This document shows positions 36,115 through 45,474 of a DNA stretch of 64,000 nucleotides, piece after piece (within the stretch, counting starts at the first letter, position 1; every line of letters begins with the position of its first letter). A model generated the notes under the pieces. That model saw only the letters and a list, made by a program, of their open reading frames with translations. It did no database searches and was not told the origin of the DNA. The stretch is taken from positions 6,839-70,838 of the forward strand of contig CAWFKB010000003.1 in assembly GCA_963816215.1 (NCBI GenBank), written 5' to 3'. Source of the DNA: an uncultured Chloroflexia bacterium. Lineage in GTDB: Bacteria; Chloroflexota; Limnocylindria; QHBO01. Both the position numbers and the translations under genes were made by a program.

Positions 36115-37094
36115 GCACCCTCCTCGTCGAGATCGTCCTCATCGGTCTCCGGAGCCTGAGCCCCAGCCGGGAGCCCCAGCAGGCGCCCCAGCCGCTCCCC
36201 GAAGGAGGGCGAAGGACCCCGAAGAGCCTCGGCCTCCAGCTCGAGGACGGTGCCGATGGTGCGCAGCCGAGCATAGCGAGCCGCGCGCAAATCGTCGGGA
36301 GCGAGCCGATCCAGGCGGGCCAGCGATCCGAGGATGGCCTGTTTGATGGCCGCCGCGGTCGCCGGAAGATCGGTATGGGCGCCATCGGGCGGCTCGTCGA
36401 TCACGCCGTCCACGATCCCCAGCGCGTGCTGCTCGGCGGCGGTCATCTTCATGGCGGCGGCGGCGCGGGGTGCCGCGTCGGCCGAGCGCCACAGGATGGC
36501 CGCGCAGCCTTCGGGCGAGATGACCGAGTAGACCGCGTTCTCAAGGGCCAGGACCTCGTCCCCCACCCCGATGGCCAGCGCCCCGCCGGATCCGCCCTCC
36601 CCCACGATCACGACCACGACCGGAACCCGGAGCCCGGTCATGAGCCGGATGGAGCTGGCGATGGCTTCGGCCTGGCCTCGCTCCTCGGCGGCAGGCCCGG
36701 GGAATGCACCGGCGGTGTCGAGGAACGTGATGAGGGGCACACCGATACGGTCGGCGAGGCGCATCAGGCGCTGCGCCTTGCGGAAGCCTTCGGGCATGGG
36801 CGAGCCGAAGTTCCGGAAGATGTTCGACTCGGTATCGGTGCCTTTCTGGTGTCCGATGACCATGATCGCCCGGCCGTCCAGGAGAGCGGGGCCACCCACC
36901 ATGGCCGGGTCATCGCGGAAGGTCCGATCGCCGTGGAGCTCGACGAACTCGTCGAACATCTGCGCGACCAGGGACAGGGTTCGCGGACGCTGGGGGTGGC
37001 GCGCCAGCTGGACGCGGCGCCAGGCCGCCTCGGCGGCCTCCTGCGTGACCTCGGGCGGGCTGGGCTGGACGGTCATCTCGGTCGTCTCGGTCAT
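36111..37094 (-). CDS. accA: Acetyl-CoA carboxylase carboxyltransferase subunit alpha
   Basis: AccA core motifs across the gene. Confidence 0.85.
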   Translation of the reverse strand: MTETTEMTVQPSPPEVTQEAAEAAWRRVQLARHPQRPRTLSLVAQMFDEFVELHGDRTFRDDPAMVGGPALLDGRAIMVIGHQKGTDTESNIFRNFGSPMPEGFRKAQRLMRLADRIGVPLITFLDTAGAFPGPAAEERGQAEAIASSIRLMTGLRVPVVVVIVGEGGSGGALAIGVGDEVLALENAVYSVISPEGCAAILWRSADAAPRAAAAMKMTAAEQHALGIVDGVIDEPPDGAHTDLPATAAAIKQAILGSLARLDRLAPDDLRAARYARLRTIGTVLELEAEALRGPSPSFGERLGRLLGLPAGAQAPETDEDDLDEEGA

Positions 37095-38056
37095 CGGCCG
37101 CCACCAGCCGGTCGGCCGGGCGTGACATCGGTGTCGATGCCGGCTGTTTCGCTGACCGCCCCGCCGACGCGCTGGGCCAGGCCCTGGAGCATGCCGATGG
37201 GTCGAATCGCCCGGCGATCGGTGCTGTCGGACTGACCCGCGACCGGGAGCACACGGACGAGGCGCGCGACCGTCGCGCGGAGCTGGGTGCGGGGCACGAT
37301 CACGTCCACGAACCCGTGCTCCATGAGGCGCTCGGCGCTCTGGAAGCCATCGGGAAGCTCCTCCCCCACCGTTCCACTGGCCACCCGCGCTCCGGCGAAC
37401 CCGACCAGGGCCCGTGGTTCGGACAGGACGACGTCTCCCAGCGACGCAAAGCTGGCCAGCACGCCCCCGGTCGTGGGATCGGTGAGGATGCTGATGAACG
37501 GGATGCCGGCCTCGTTCAAGCGCTCGAGAGCGGCCGTCGTCTTGGCCAGCTGGAGGAGCGAGATCGTCCCTTCCTGCATCCGGGCTCCGCCGGAGGCGCT
37601 GACCACGATGGCCGGGATCCGCTCGGCGAGGGCGGCCTCGAAGCAGCGCGCCACCTTCTCGCCCACCACACTGCCCATGGATCCGCCCATGAACCGGAAG
37701 TCGAACAGACCGATGGCGACGCGCTCGCCCTCGATCTTGCCGATGCCCCAGATGGCGGCCTCGGGCAGCCCGGACCGGACCCGCGAGGATTCCAGGCGCT
37801 CGGGGTAGGGCTTGCTGTCCACGAAGCCGAGCGGGTCACCGCTGACCAGGTTCGCGTCGCGCTCCTCGAAGGTGCCGTGGTCGATGAGCAACTCGATCCG
37901 CTCGACGGCCGACAGGCGGAAGTGGTGGCCGCAGGTCGGGCATACCCGCTGGGCCCGCTCCAACTGACGGTTGAACAGCTGGTTCTCGCACACGGGGCAC
38001 TTGGTCCACGCGTCGGTGGGGCCCGTGCGCCGGCTGAAGGGAAACTTGATCTTCAT
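37091..38056 (-). CDS. accD: Acetyl-CoA carboxylase carboxyltransferase subunit beta
   Basis: N-terminal Zn finger CPVC...CPTCG, and a CT-beta core. Confidence 0.85.
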   Translation of the reverse strand: MKIKFPFSRRTGPTDAWTKCPVCENQLFNRQLERAQRVCPTCGHHFRLSAVERIELLIDHGTFEERDANLVSGDPLGFVDSKPYPERLESSRVRSGLPEAAIWGIGKIEGERVAIGLFDFRFMGGSMGSVVGEKVARCFEAALAERIPAIVVSASGGARMQEGTISLLQLAKTTAALERLNEAGIPFISILTDPTTGGVLASFASLGDVVLSEPRALVGFAGARVASGTVGEELPDGFQSAERLMEHGFVDVIVPRTQLRATVARLVRVLPVAGQSDSTDRRAIRPIGMLQGLAQRVGGAVSETAGIDTDVTPGRPAGGGR

Positions 38057-38060
38057 GCGC

Positions 38061-38390
38061 TCACCGATGCACCAATCGCCAGGCGAGGACCGCGGCGCTG
38101 GCGGTGCTGAGCACGACCGAGCTCACCGCACCGGTCACGACGAGGCGCTGGTGATGGCGGACGAATCGGCTCATCAGCCGACCTGGATCGGTCCCCTGCC
38201 CGCGGGCGAGCCGCTCGGCGAGCGCGTCCTCGAACGCGGATCCGGCGGGAACCGGGGACAACGCGGTCCGCAGCACGCGAGCCATGGCAAGCTGGTCGGC
38301 GAGGGTCGGCGGAACCGCGGCTGGCTCGTCGGCCAGCACGGCGGTCACCGCACGGTCGAGCCGGTCGGCATCAGTCGAGCGTGAATGCAT
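38061..38390 (-). CDS. Tail-anchored membrane protein downstream of the ECF sigma (possible anti-sigma factor)
   Basis: 109 aa with a single C-terminal TM helix. No recognisable ASD zinc motif. Confidence 0.4.
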   Translation of the reverse strand: MHSRSTDADRLDRAVTAVLADEPAAVPPTLADQLAMARVLRTALSPVPAGSAFEDALAERLARGQGTDPGRLMSRFVRHHQRLVVTGAVSSVVLSTASAAVLAWRLVHR

Positions 38391-38423
38391 CCTGTCGCGG
38401 CTAACACCGCCGCTGCCGCTTCG

Positions 38424-39017
38424 TTACAGGTCGGCTCGGTCCAGCTCGGCGGCAAGGTCGGCCAGGGCCCGATGGAGCAGAACCCGGGCGGCTCCAGGGC
38501 TACGATCGAGCACCGCGCCGATCTCGCGCGAGGACAGGCCATCCACGAAGCGCAGGACGATCACCTGGCGACGCTCGGCCGGGATGCGGGCCAATGCCTC
38601 GCGGACGGCGCGCGAACGATCGGCGCCGGCCACGACCGCGGCCGGATCGGCTCCGGGGGCGTGCGGCTCCGCGATGGACTCGATGGGCTCGGTCCGGCGA
38701 CGCGCGCGCGAGCGATGCGCATTGGCAATGGCGTTGTGCGCGATCCGGAACAGCCAGGCCCGGAACGTCGATCCATCGTCGCGGTAGCGACCGATGGCGG
38801 CGAGCGCCGACAGGAAGGTCCGCTCGGTGACGTCTTCCGCCTCGTGGTGGTCGCCCAGCTGGTAGAACGCATAGCTGTAGACCCGATCCACGTAGCGCCG
38901 GTAGAGCTGGTCGAAGGCGGCGGGGTCCACCTGGGCGGCGCGAACGTCGGCCAGGTCCGGATCACCGGTCTCCGGGGGCGTGAGGCGGAGGGCCTCGGGT
39001 CGCGGGTCGGCGTTCAC
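38424..39017 (-). CDS. ECF (sigma-70 family) RNA polymerase sigma factor
   Basis: Region 2 FDQLYRRYVDRVYSYAFYQLGDHHEAEDVTERTFLSAL and region 4 VIVLRFVDGLSSREIGAVLDRSPGAARVLLHRAL. GTG start overlaps the birA stop. Confidence 0.75.
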   Translation of the reverse strand: MNADPRPEALRLTPPETGDPDLADVRAAQVDPAAFDQLYRRYVDRVYSYAFYQLGDHHEAEDVTERTFLSALAAIGRYRDDGSTFRAWLFRIAHNAIANAHRSRARRRTEPIESIAEPHAPGADPAAVVAGADRSRAVREALARIPAERRQVIVLRFVDGLSSREIGAVLDRSPGAARVLLHRALADLAAELDRADL

Positions 39018-39829
39018 ACGCTCGCCCCCCGCGCGTGGACGCGGATGACCTCGCCCACGCTGATCGTCGTCTGGAACGCGGGACCGGTGAGCAGCAGACC
39101 CCCGGTGTCGGCCACGGGGCCGGCCACGCCGCTCAACCGGCCTGCGGGCGTCTCGACCTCGATCGCCTGTCCGGTGAGCCACGAAGCGGCCTGGAACCGG
39201 GCGAGCGGGGAGATGCCGGACTCGACCGCGCCGATCTCCTCGTCGAGGGACTCCAACAGCGCGGCCAGGAGGGCCACCCGGTCGACCGAGCTGCCCGCCT
39301 CGTCCGCCAGCGACGTCGCCCCGGGGGCGATGTCGGGCGGCATCGCGGAGCGCGCCCAGTTCACGTTGATCCCCATCCCGAGCACCGCGCTCACGAGCCG
39401 CTCGCCCTCGATCTGGGTTTCGGTCAGGAGGCCGGCCACCTTCAGGCCCTCGCTCGTCACCAGGTCGTTGGGCCAGCGGATATGGAGCTCGACCCAGGGG
39501 GACGCGGCCGCTCGCACGGCCAGGGCGGAGGCGGCACCCAGCCACCACGCCCGCTCCACGGGGAGATCCAGCTGCAGTCCCACGCTGACCAGCAGGTTCG
39601 CGCCCGCCGGGGACAGCCAGGCGCGACCCATCCGTCCGCGGCCCGCGAGCTGCCGATCGGCCACGACCGCCAGCCCATCCCCGCCCGGAGCTCCCAGCGC
39701 CTCGTGCGCGCGGTCGTTGGTGGACCCGATCTCGGCGTGGTACTCGACCACGTGCCCCAACCGGCGTCCGGCGCGCGCGGCACGCGACCACGCGGGGGTC
39801 GGCGAAGCGGCGAACACGAATTCAGACAC
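39014..39829 (-). CDS. birA: Biotin--[acetyl-CoA-carboxylase] ligase
   Basis: HVVEYHAEIGSTNDRA, RQLAGRGRMGRAW (the GRGRxG biotin-binding loop) and IRWPNDL. GTG start near 39829. Confidence 0.85.
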   Translation of the reverse strand: MSEFVFAASPTPAWSRAARAGRRLGHVVEYHAEIGSTNDRAHEALGAPGGDGLAVVADRQLAGRGRMGRAWLSPAGANLLVSVGLQLDLPVERAWWLGAASALAVRAAASPWVELHIRWPNDLVTSEGLKVAGLLTETQIEGERLVSAVLGMGINVNWARSAMPPDIAPGATSLADEAGSSVDRVALLAALLESLDEEIGAVESGISPLARFQAASWLTGQAIEVETPAGRLSGVAGPVADTGGLLLTGPAFQTTISVGEVIRVHARGASV

Positions 39830-39900
39830 GGCGGCCTCGGGTCCTCGAAAGGTGGCCGATTCTACCAGCCGTCGAAATCGGCTCCGGTACACTCGGCCGG

Positions 39901-40905
39901 ATGTCCGACCCTGCGTCGCGCGAACGCGTCTTCTCCGGCATCCAGCCCAGCGGCGCGAGCCACCTGGGCAACTATCTCGGCGCACAGCGAAACTACGTCG
40001 CGCTCCAGGACGAGTACGAGGCGATCTACGCCATCGTCGACTACCACGCCCTGACGACCGTCCACGACGGCGAGGAGCTGCGACGGCTCACCCGCGAGAT
40101 GGCGCTCGACCTGCTGGCCGTGGGCCTGGATCCCGACCGCTGCGCGCTCATTCGCCAATCGGACTTCCCCGAGGTGGCCGAGCTGTGCTGGATCTTCAGC
40201 ACCGTCGTGCCAGTCAGCTGGCTCCAGCGCAACCCCACCTACAAGGACGGGCTTGCGGAGGGCAAGGAGAACAGCAACGGACTGCTGACCTATCCGGTCC
40301 TCCAGGCGGCCGACATCGTCATCTACAAGGCCAGCCGGGTCCCGGTTGGCAAGGATCAGGCCCCGCACCTCGAGCTGTCACGCGAGATCGTGCGTGCCTT
40401 CAACCACCGATACGGACCGATCTTTCCGGAGCCCACCGCCGTCTTCACCGATGCGCCGGTCGTGCTCGGGACCGATGGCGTGCGCAAGATGAGCAAGTCC
40501 GCCAACAACACGATCCCGATCTTCGCCGAGCCCGACGAGATCCAGCGGATCGTGATGAACATGGTCACCGACCCCCAGCGCATCAAGCGCACCGATCCGG
40601 GCCGGCCCGAGGTGTGCAACGTGTGCCAGCTCCACCGGTACTTCGGCGGGGACTACCTCCAGATCCAGGACGGCGAGCGCACCGCGCGGACCGGGTGCGT
40701 GGACACCAAGGGGCTCCTGGCGGAGCGGATCATCGAGTTCTTCCGGCCCATGCGCGAGAAGCGTGCTGTGCTCGCGGCTGATCCGGGCATGGTGGAAGCG
40801 GTACTCTCGGCGGGCGCGGACAAGGTCCGGCCCATCCTCGAGGCGACCAGGGCCGAGGTCCTGGAGGCGGTCGGGACCGGGCGAGCGGGGCGGAGGACGT
40901 CGTGA
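39901..40905 (+). CDS. trpS: Tryptophan--tRNA ligase
   Basis: HIGH-class motifs GIQPSGASHLGNY and KMSKS. Confidence 0.9.
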   Translation: MSDPASRERVFSGIQPSGASHLGNYLGAQRNYVALQDEYEAIYAIVDYHALTTVHDGEELRRLTREMALDLLAVGLDPDRCALIRQSDFPEVAELCWIFSTVVPVSWLQRNPTYKDGLAEGKENSNGLLTYPVLQAADIVIYKASRVPVGKDQAPHLELSREIVRAFNHRYGPIFPEPTAVFTDAPVVLGTDGVRKMSKSANNTIPIFAEPDEIQRIVMNMVTDPQRIKRTDPGRPEVCNVCQLHRYFGGDYLQIQDGERTARTGCVDTKGLLAERIIEFFRPMREKRAVLAADPGMVEAVLSAGADKVRPILEATRAEVLEAVGTGRAGRRTS

Positions 40906-42059
40906 TCGAGCTGTTCCAGGGAGCGTGGGTCCGGGAGCGTCGGCTGTTGGCAGCGTTCCTGATCGCCGGCACGGTCTACTTCGGGCTGATGGCCATCGGC
41001 TTGATCCTGAACATCCTGACCGGTTTCCAGGACATCCTGGTCGCCCTGTTCATGGCCTGGCTGCTGGCCTTCCTGATCTCGCCCCTCGTCCACCGGGTCC
41101 AGGATCGGCTCAAGGTCGGCCGCGGCGCCGCGGTTGGCGTGGCGTTCGGGGTGACCCTCATCGGCCTGGGCACGTTCCTCCTGGTCATCGCCGCGGTCAT
41201 GGTCTCGGACCTGGCCAACTTCATCGGCACCTGGCCCTCACGCGAAGATCAGCTGGCCCAGCAGATCCGCGACCTCCAGCAGGCGATCGGCTTCGAGGAG
41301 CCGGACCTGGCCGTCATCTTCATCGGTGTCATCGACCAGGTCGGCAGCCTGGGCGGTGATCTCGCCGGCTCGGCGGGGGCGATTGCGAGCGGAGCCTTCA
41401 GCGCGGTCGGAACCCTGTTCCTGGTCGTTCTGCTTGCCTTCTTCATGGTCCTGGACAGCCACAAGATCATGGTCTGGTTCAGCCGACTCGTTCCCAGCCG
41501 GCTCCGTGAACAGTCGCTCCTCCTCCAGGAGGGGGTCGCCCGTTCATTCGGCGGGTTCATCCGGGCCCAGACGGTGCTCGCCCTCTTGATGTTCACCGTG
41601 GTCATCCTGGTGGGCCTCGTCGCGCGCGCCCTGGGCGGGATGGAATACATCTTCGTGACCGCGGTCGTATCGGGGCTGCTGATGTTCATCCCCATGATCG
41701 GCCCGGTCCTGGCCCTGGTACCGCCCATCTTCATCGCCTTCCTCACTAGCGAGAACTGGGTCGTGGCGCTGGTCGCGGTCGCGGTCATCGTCATCGTCCA
41801 GACGGTCATGGTGAACGTGCTCCAGCCCAAGATGATGCAGGAGTCATTGGGCCTGCACCCCATCCTCCTGTTCGTCGGCCTGCTGGTCGGCGTCCAGATC
41901 GCCGGACTGTGGGGCGCGCTCTTCGGCATCCCGATCTTGGCCGTGATCGTCATCTTCGTGAACCACTGGGTGGACGTGTACCGACCGCCGGACCCCGAGT
42001 TCGTGGCCGAGGTCGAAAGCGTGCATGCGCAGGTGACGCAGGGGGACACCGGGACCTAG
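40902..42059 (+). CDS. AI-2E family transporter (PerM/YhhT-like)
   Basis: 8-TM topology typical of the family. Confidence 0.8.
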   Translation: MIELFQGAWVRERRLLAAFLIAGTVYFGLMAIGLILNILTGFQDILVALFMAWLLAFLISPLVHRVQDRLKVGRGAAVGVAFGVTLIGLGTFLLVIAAVMVSDLANFIGTWPSREDQLAQQIRDLQQAIGFEEPDLAVIFIGVIDQVGSLGGDLAGSAGAIASGAFSAVGTLFLVVLLAFFMVLDSHKIMVWFSRLVPSRLREQSLLLQEGVARSFGGFIRAQTVLALLMFTVVILVGLVARALGGMEYIFVTAVVSGLLMFIPMIGPVLALVPPIFIAFLTSENWVVALVAVAVIVIVQTVMVNVLQPKMMQESLGLHPILLFVGLLVGVQIAGLWGALFGIPILAVIVIFVNHWVDVYRPPDPEFVAEVESVHAQVTQGDTGT

Positions 42060-42833
42060 TTCGGGCTGCCTCCGCGTCCCGAGAGGGCGAGGGCGGCGGC
42101 CAGAGAGATCTCGAATACGCGCGAGACCGTGGCCGGCTGAAGCACGTCGGCCGCCGGCCCATCGGCCACGATCCGACCCTCGCTGAGGAGGACCACGCGC
42201 GGGTCGGCGAGCGCGGTCAGGGCCGGATCGTGGAGCACGGCCACGACCGCTATCCCGCGCGATCGTCGGAGCCGCTCCAGCATGGCCAGGAGAGCGACCT
42301 GGTGGGCCAGATCAAGGTGCTGGGTCGGCTCGTCCAGCAGAAGAAGCCGCGGCTCCTGGGCCAGGGCCATGGCCAGCACCACCCGTTGGCGTTCCCCACC
42401 GGACAGCTCATCAATCGTGCGCCCCACCAGGTCGGTGGCGCCGGCATCCACCAGCGCCTGCTGCACCGCGTCCGCGTCCTCGGTGGTGGCCCCGAACCGG
42501 GAACGGGCGTGCGGCGCCCGGCCCATCTCGACCAGCTCCTCGACCCGGAACCCCTCTGGAAGGGTGGGGATCTGGGGAAGGACGGCCACGCGCTGGGAGA
42601 CCTCGCGCCGGCTCCACTCGCCGATCAACCGGTCGTCCAGGCGCACCGCGCCGCTCTGCGCGCTGAGCAGCCCGGTGGCCAGGCGCAGGAGCGTGGTCTT
42701 GCCGCTCCCATTCGGTCCGAGCAACGCGACCATCTCCCCGGGGGCGATGGCCAGGCTCACGCCGCGCAGCACGGTCCGGTCGGGCCGCCCGCGCCGCCGA
42801 TACGCGAACTGGACGTCGTCCATGGCCAGCATG
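42056..42833 (-). CDS. Iron-chelate/cobalamin-type ABC transporter ATP-binding protein (FecE/BtuD-like)
   Basis: Walker A GPNGSGKTT, LSGGERQRV signature and LLLLDEPT Walker B. The upstream part of the tracked ORF is spurious. Confidence 0.85.
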
Positions 42834-42867
42834 GGCGCATGCTCCGAGTACACGGCAGGCACGGCAC

Positions 42868-43959
42868 TCACGGGGTGCCCGGCCCCCCGACCGAGCGATG
42901 GAGCAGCCACAGGAAGAACGGGGCACCGATCAGTGCGGTGATGACCCCCACTGGAACGCCGCCCAGCAGCCGCGCCCCGAGGTCCGCCAGGACGAGCAGC
43001 GACGCACCGCCGAGGCAGCTCATGGGCAGGAGGAGCCGATGGTCCGGCCCCAGCGCGAGACGAACGACGTGCGGCACGACCAGGCCGACGAACCCGATCG
43101 TTCCGGCCAGAGCGACCGCCGCCGAGGTGACGAGGGTGGCGAGCATGATCAGCGTCCGTCGAGCCCGCACGAGGTCGACCCCCAGGCCGGCGGCCGCCTC
43201 GTCGCCCAGGAGCAGCAGGTTCAGCGTCCGCCAACGCAGAAGGAGCAGGACCGATCCGCCCAGGATGAGCGGGGCGGCGATGGCGAGCTCGGAATAGCCG
43301 GTTCCTCCCAGGGAACCGAGTAGCCAGCCCACGACCGATGCCAGCGCCCGTCCGGCGCTGACCAGCAGGAGGGCCACGCCGGCGGCCAGCAGGGACGAGA
43401 CCGCATAGCCGGTCAGCAGGAGCGTGACCATGCTGGATCGACCGCCCTGGCGGGCAACGACAAGGACCAGCGTTACGGCGCCCAGGCCGCCGACGAAGGC
43501 AAGGACCTGGGCCAGACCGATGCCCAACCACGCCGACCCGGCCCCCACCGCGAGCGCGGGCAGCAGGATAGGAGCGGTGATGGCCAGCACGGCGCCCAGC
43601 GACGCGCCGGCCGCGCTCCCGATGATGTACGGATCGGCCATGGGATTGCGGAGCAGCGCCTGGAACACGACGCCCGCGCACCCCAGGCCGGCACCTACCA
43701 ACGCCCCGGCCAGGACCCGCGGCAGCCGAACCTCGAACAGGATGGTGGGCGCGGTGGCCGACCACGTCTCGTGGACCGACAGCCCGAGCCGGTGAGCGAT
43801 GATGGCCAGGGCCTCGCCAAGGCCCACGTCGGCGCTGCCCAGGCCGATGGCGACGACCATCGAGGCCGCCAGGACCAGGACGCCGCCGCCGATGACCAGC
43901 GTCGAGCGGGCAAGGCTGGGCCCCCCGACCAGCGGACGCGCGGCGACCGAGGCCCGCAC
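42868..43959 (-). CDS. FecCD-family ABC transporter permease
   Basis: FecCD/BtuC-like polytopic permease. Start approximate. Confidence 0.8.
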   Translation of the reverse strand: MRASVAARPLVGGPSLARSTLVIGGGVLVLAASMVVAIGLGSADVGLGEALAIIAHRLGLSVHETWSATAPTILFEVRLPRVLAGALVGAGLGCAGVVFQALLRNPMADPYIIGSAAGASLGAVLAITAPILLPALAVGAGSAWLGIGLAQVLAFVGGLGAVTLVLVVARQGGRSSMVTLLLTGYAVSSLLAAGVALLLVSAGRALASVVGWLLGSLGGTGYSELAIAAPLILGGSVLLLLRWRTLNLLLLGDEAAAGLGVDLVRARRTLIMLATLVTSAAVALAGTIGFVGLVVPHVVRLALGPDHRLLLPMSCLGGASLLVLADLGARLLGGVPVGVITALIGAPFFLWLLHRSVGGPGTP

Positions 43960-43966
43960 CGTCAGC

Positions 43967-44932
43967 TCACTCGAATACGTCGGGATGGATGGCGCGGGCC
44001 AGGGCCTCGAGCCCGTCCACGATCCGCGGACCGGGGCGCGTGATGACCGGGTCATTGGCCATGACAAAGACCTGGCCCGCGGTCACCGCGGTCATTGCTT
44101 CCCAGCCGGGCCGCGCGGCAACCGACTCGGGCGTGATGGACAGGTCGTAGGCCGCGTCGCCCAACAGGATGATCAGCGGGTCAGCGGCGATCAGATCCTC
44201 CAGGGAAATCGACGTCGTCAGCGCATCCCCGGTGACGGGTATTCCACCCGCGATCTCGATCAGGCTGGAGAGGAACGAATCCTCTCCCGCGGTGTAGATG
44301 GTTCCCTCGAACACCCCCACCTCATAGAAGACAGTGGGCACGACAGACGGGACCGCGTGTCGAACCACGTCGATCCGGTATTGCATGTCCGCCGTGAGAT
44401 CCGCCGCCTCCTGCGGGGCGTTGATGGCCTCGCCGACCAGCGTGATGTTGTCCAGGACCGCGTCCAGGGTCTCGGGGTACAGGACGAGGACCGGGATGTC
44501 GAGGTCCGCGATCTGGGTGATGACCGCGCTGGGCGTCAGCTCATTGCCGGCGGCAATGACGAGATCCGGATCAGCTTCGACCACGAGCTCGACGTCCACC
44601 ACCGCGCCGATGACCACGTCGGGCACCTCGGCCACCTCGGCCGGGTAGTCGTCGAAGTCGGTGACGCCCACCAGGCGGTCGCATGCGCCGAGCGCGCACA
44701 CGATCTCGGTGTTCGACGGGGCGAGACTGACGATCCGCTGCGGCTCGGCCGGGAGCGCAACGGCGCGACCGGCGTCATCGGTCAGGGAAAGGGGATAGCT
44801 GGTCTCGGCCGGAGCCAACGGAGATGGAGACGATGGCGCGCTGGCGCTGCTGGATGGCCCCGGACTGGAAGGCTGGCAGGCAACGGCCAGCACGAGAAGG
44901 AGTCCAAGAAGGGGCACACGGCACGAGCGCAA
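43967..44932 (-). CDS. ABC transporter substrate-binding lipoprotein, BtuF/siderophore (helical-backbone) class
   Basis: LAVACQ lipobox and the RIVSLAPSNTEI motif. Cobalamin riboswitch directly upstream. Confidence 0.8.
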   Translation of the reverse strand: MRSCRVPLLGLLLVLAVACQPSSPGPSSSASAPSSPSPLAPAETSYPLSLTDDAGRAVALPAEPQRIVSLAPSNTEIVCALGACDRLVGVTDFDDYPAEVAEVPDVVIGAVVDVELVVEADPDLVIAAGNELTPSAVITQIADLDIPVLVLYPETLDAVLDNITLVGEAINAPQEAADLTADMQYRIDVVRHAVPSVVPTVFYEVGVFEGTIYTAGEDSFLSSLIEIAGGIPVTGDALTTSISLEDLIAADPLIILLGDAAYDLSITPESVAARPGWEAMTAVTAGQVFVMANDPVITRPGPRIVDGLEALARAIHPDVFE

Positions 44933-44939
44933 GTGATGT

Positions 44940-45115
44940 CACGCCCTTTCTCACGAGGGTTGAGACATCGCGTGCTGGCTGGTCGACCTGGCTCCCAGGC
45001 TCGAGAGCCTGGATACAGTTGCGGGACAGCGCCGGCCTTGAACCGGCTTCGCCATTCATCCGCCGGCCTTTCGGCGGCGGCACCCCACGCGGTCTTTGGT
45101 TGGTCGGCCGATCGT
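44940..45115 (-). promoter_or_regulatory. Cobalamin (adenosylcobalamin) riboswitch in the 5' leader of the BtuF-like ABC importer operon
   Basis: Minus-strand RNA reads ...GGUGCC..GAAAGGCCGG..AAUGGCGAAGCCGGUUCAAGGCCGGCGCUGUCCCGCAACUGUAUCC...GAGCCUGGGAGCCAGGUCGACCAGCC. This matches the conserved GAAGCCGGU / GCUGCCCCGCAACUGUA / GCCAGG..ACC core of the Rfam cobalamin family. Confidence 0.7.
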
Positions 45116-45145
45116 AGCAGACGGCCCGATCGATTCGGCCGAGTG

Positions 45146-45427
45146 TCAGACCCCGGCGCCGACCTCTGCGTGCCCGTACAGCGGCGTCTCGCGGGCCGCC
45201 TCGGAGAGCATGGGGTCGAGCATCTTCTGGACCGCCAGGGTGTGGGTGCAGCCTCCCGCCTGTTCGAAGAGATGGCAGTCACAATGCCAGTGCTCGCCGT
45301 CCAGGGTGACCGTGTGCGATCCGTTGTCGCCGGCGAAGGTCGCTTCGAGGCGGTGGATGGCCACGCGGTCCGGTTCGTGCGCGTAGCGCATCGCCTTTTC
45401 GACCTTGCCGATCATGCCCGATTGCAT
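45146..45427 (-). CDS. Small Cys/His-rich hypothetical protein (93 aa)
   Basis: Start MQSGMIGKVEKAMRYA. Putative metal site HWHCDCHLFEQAGGCTH. Confidence 0.5.
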   Translation of the reverse strand: MQSGMIGKVEKAMRYAHEPDRVAIHRLEATFAGDNGSHTVTLDGEHWHCDCHLFEQAGGCTHTLAVQKMLDPMLSEAARETPLYGHAEVGAGV

Positions 45428-45474
45428 GTCGCAACTCCTCCAGGCGCCCGGGGGCGCCATCTTCGTGGCGCCCG

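Noticed and set aside
38061-38390. Calling the gene after the second ECF sigma a definite anti-sigma factor
   Set aside because: Only a single C-terminal TM helix is seen, with no ZAS (HxxxCxxC) or other anti-sigma domain signature. Kept as a low-confidence possibility only.
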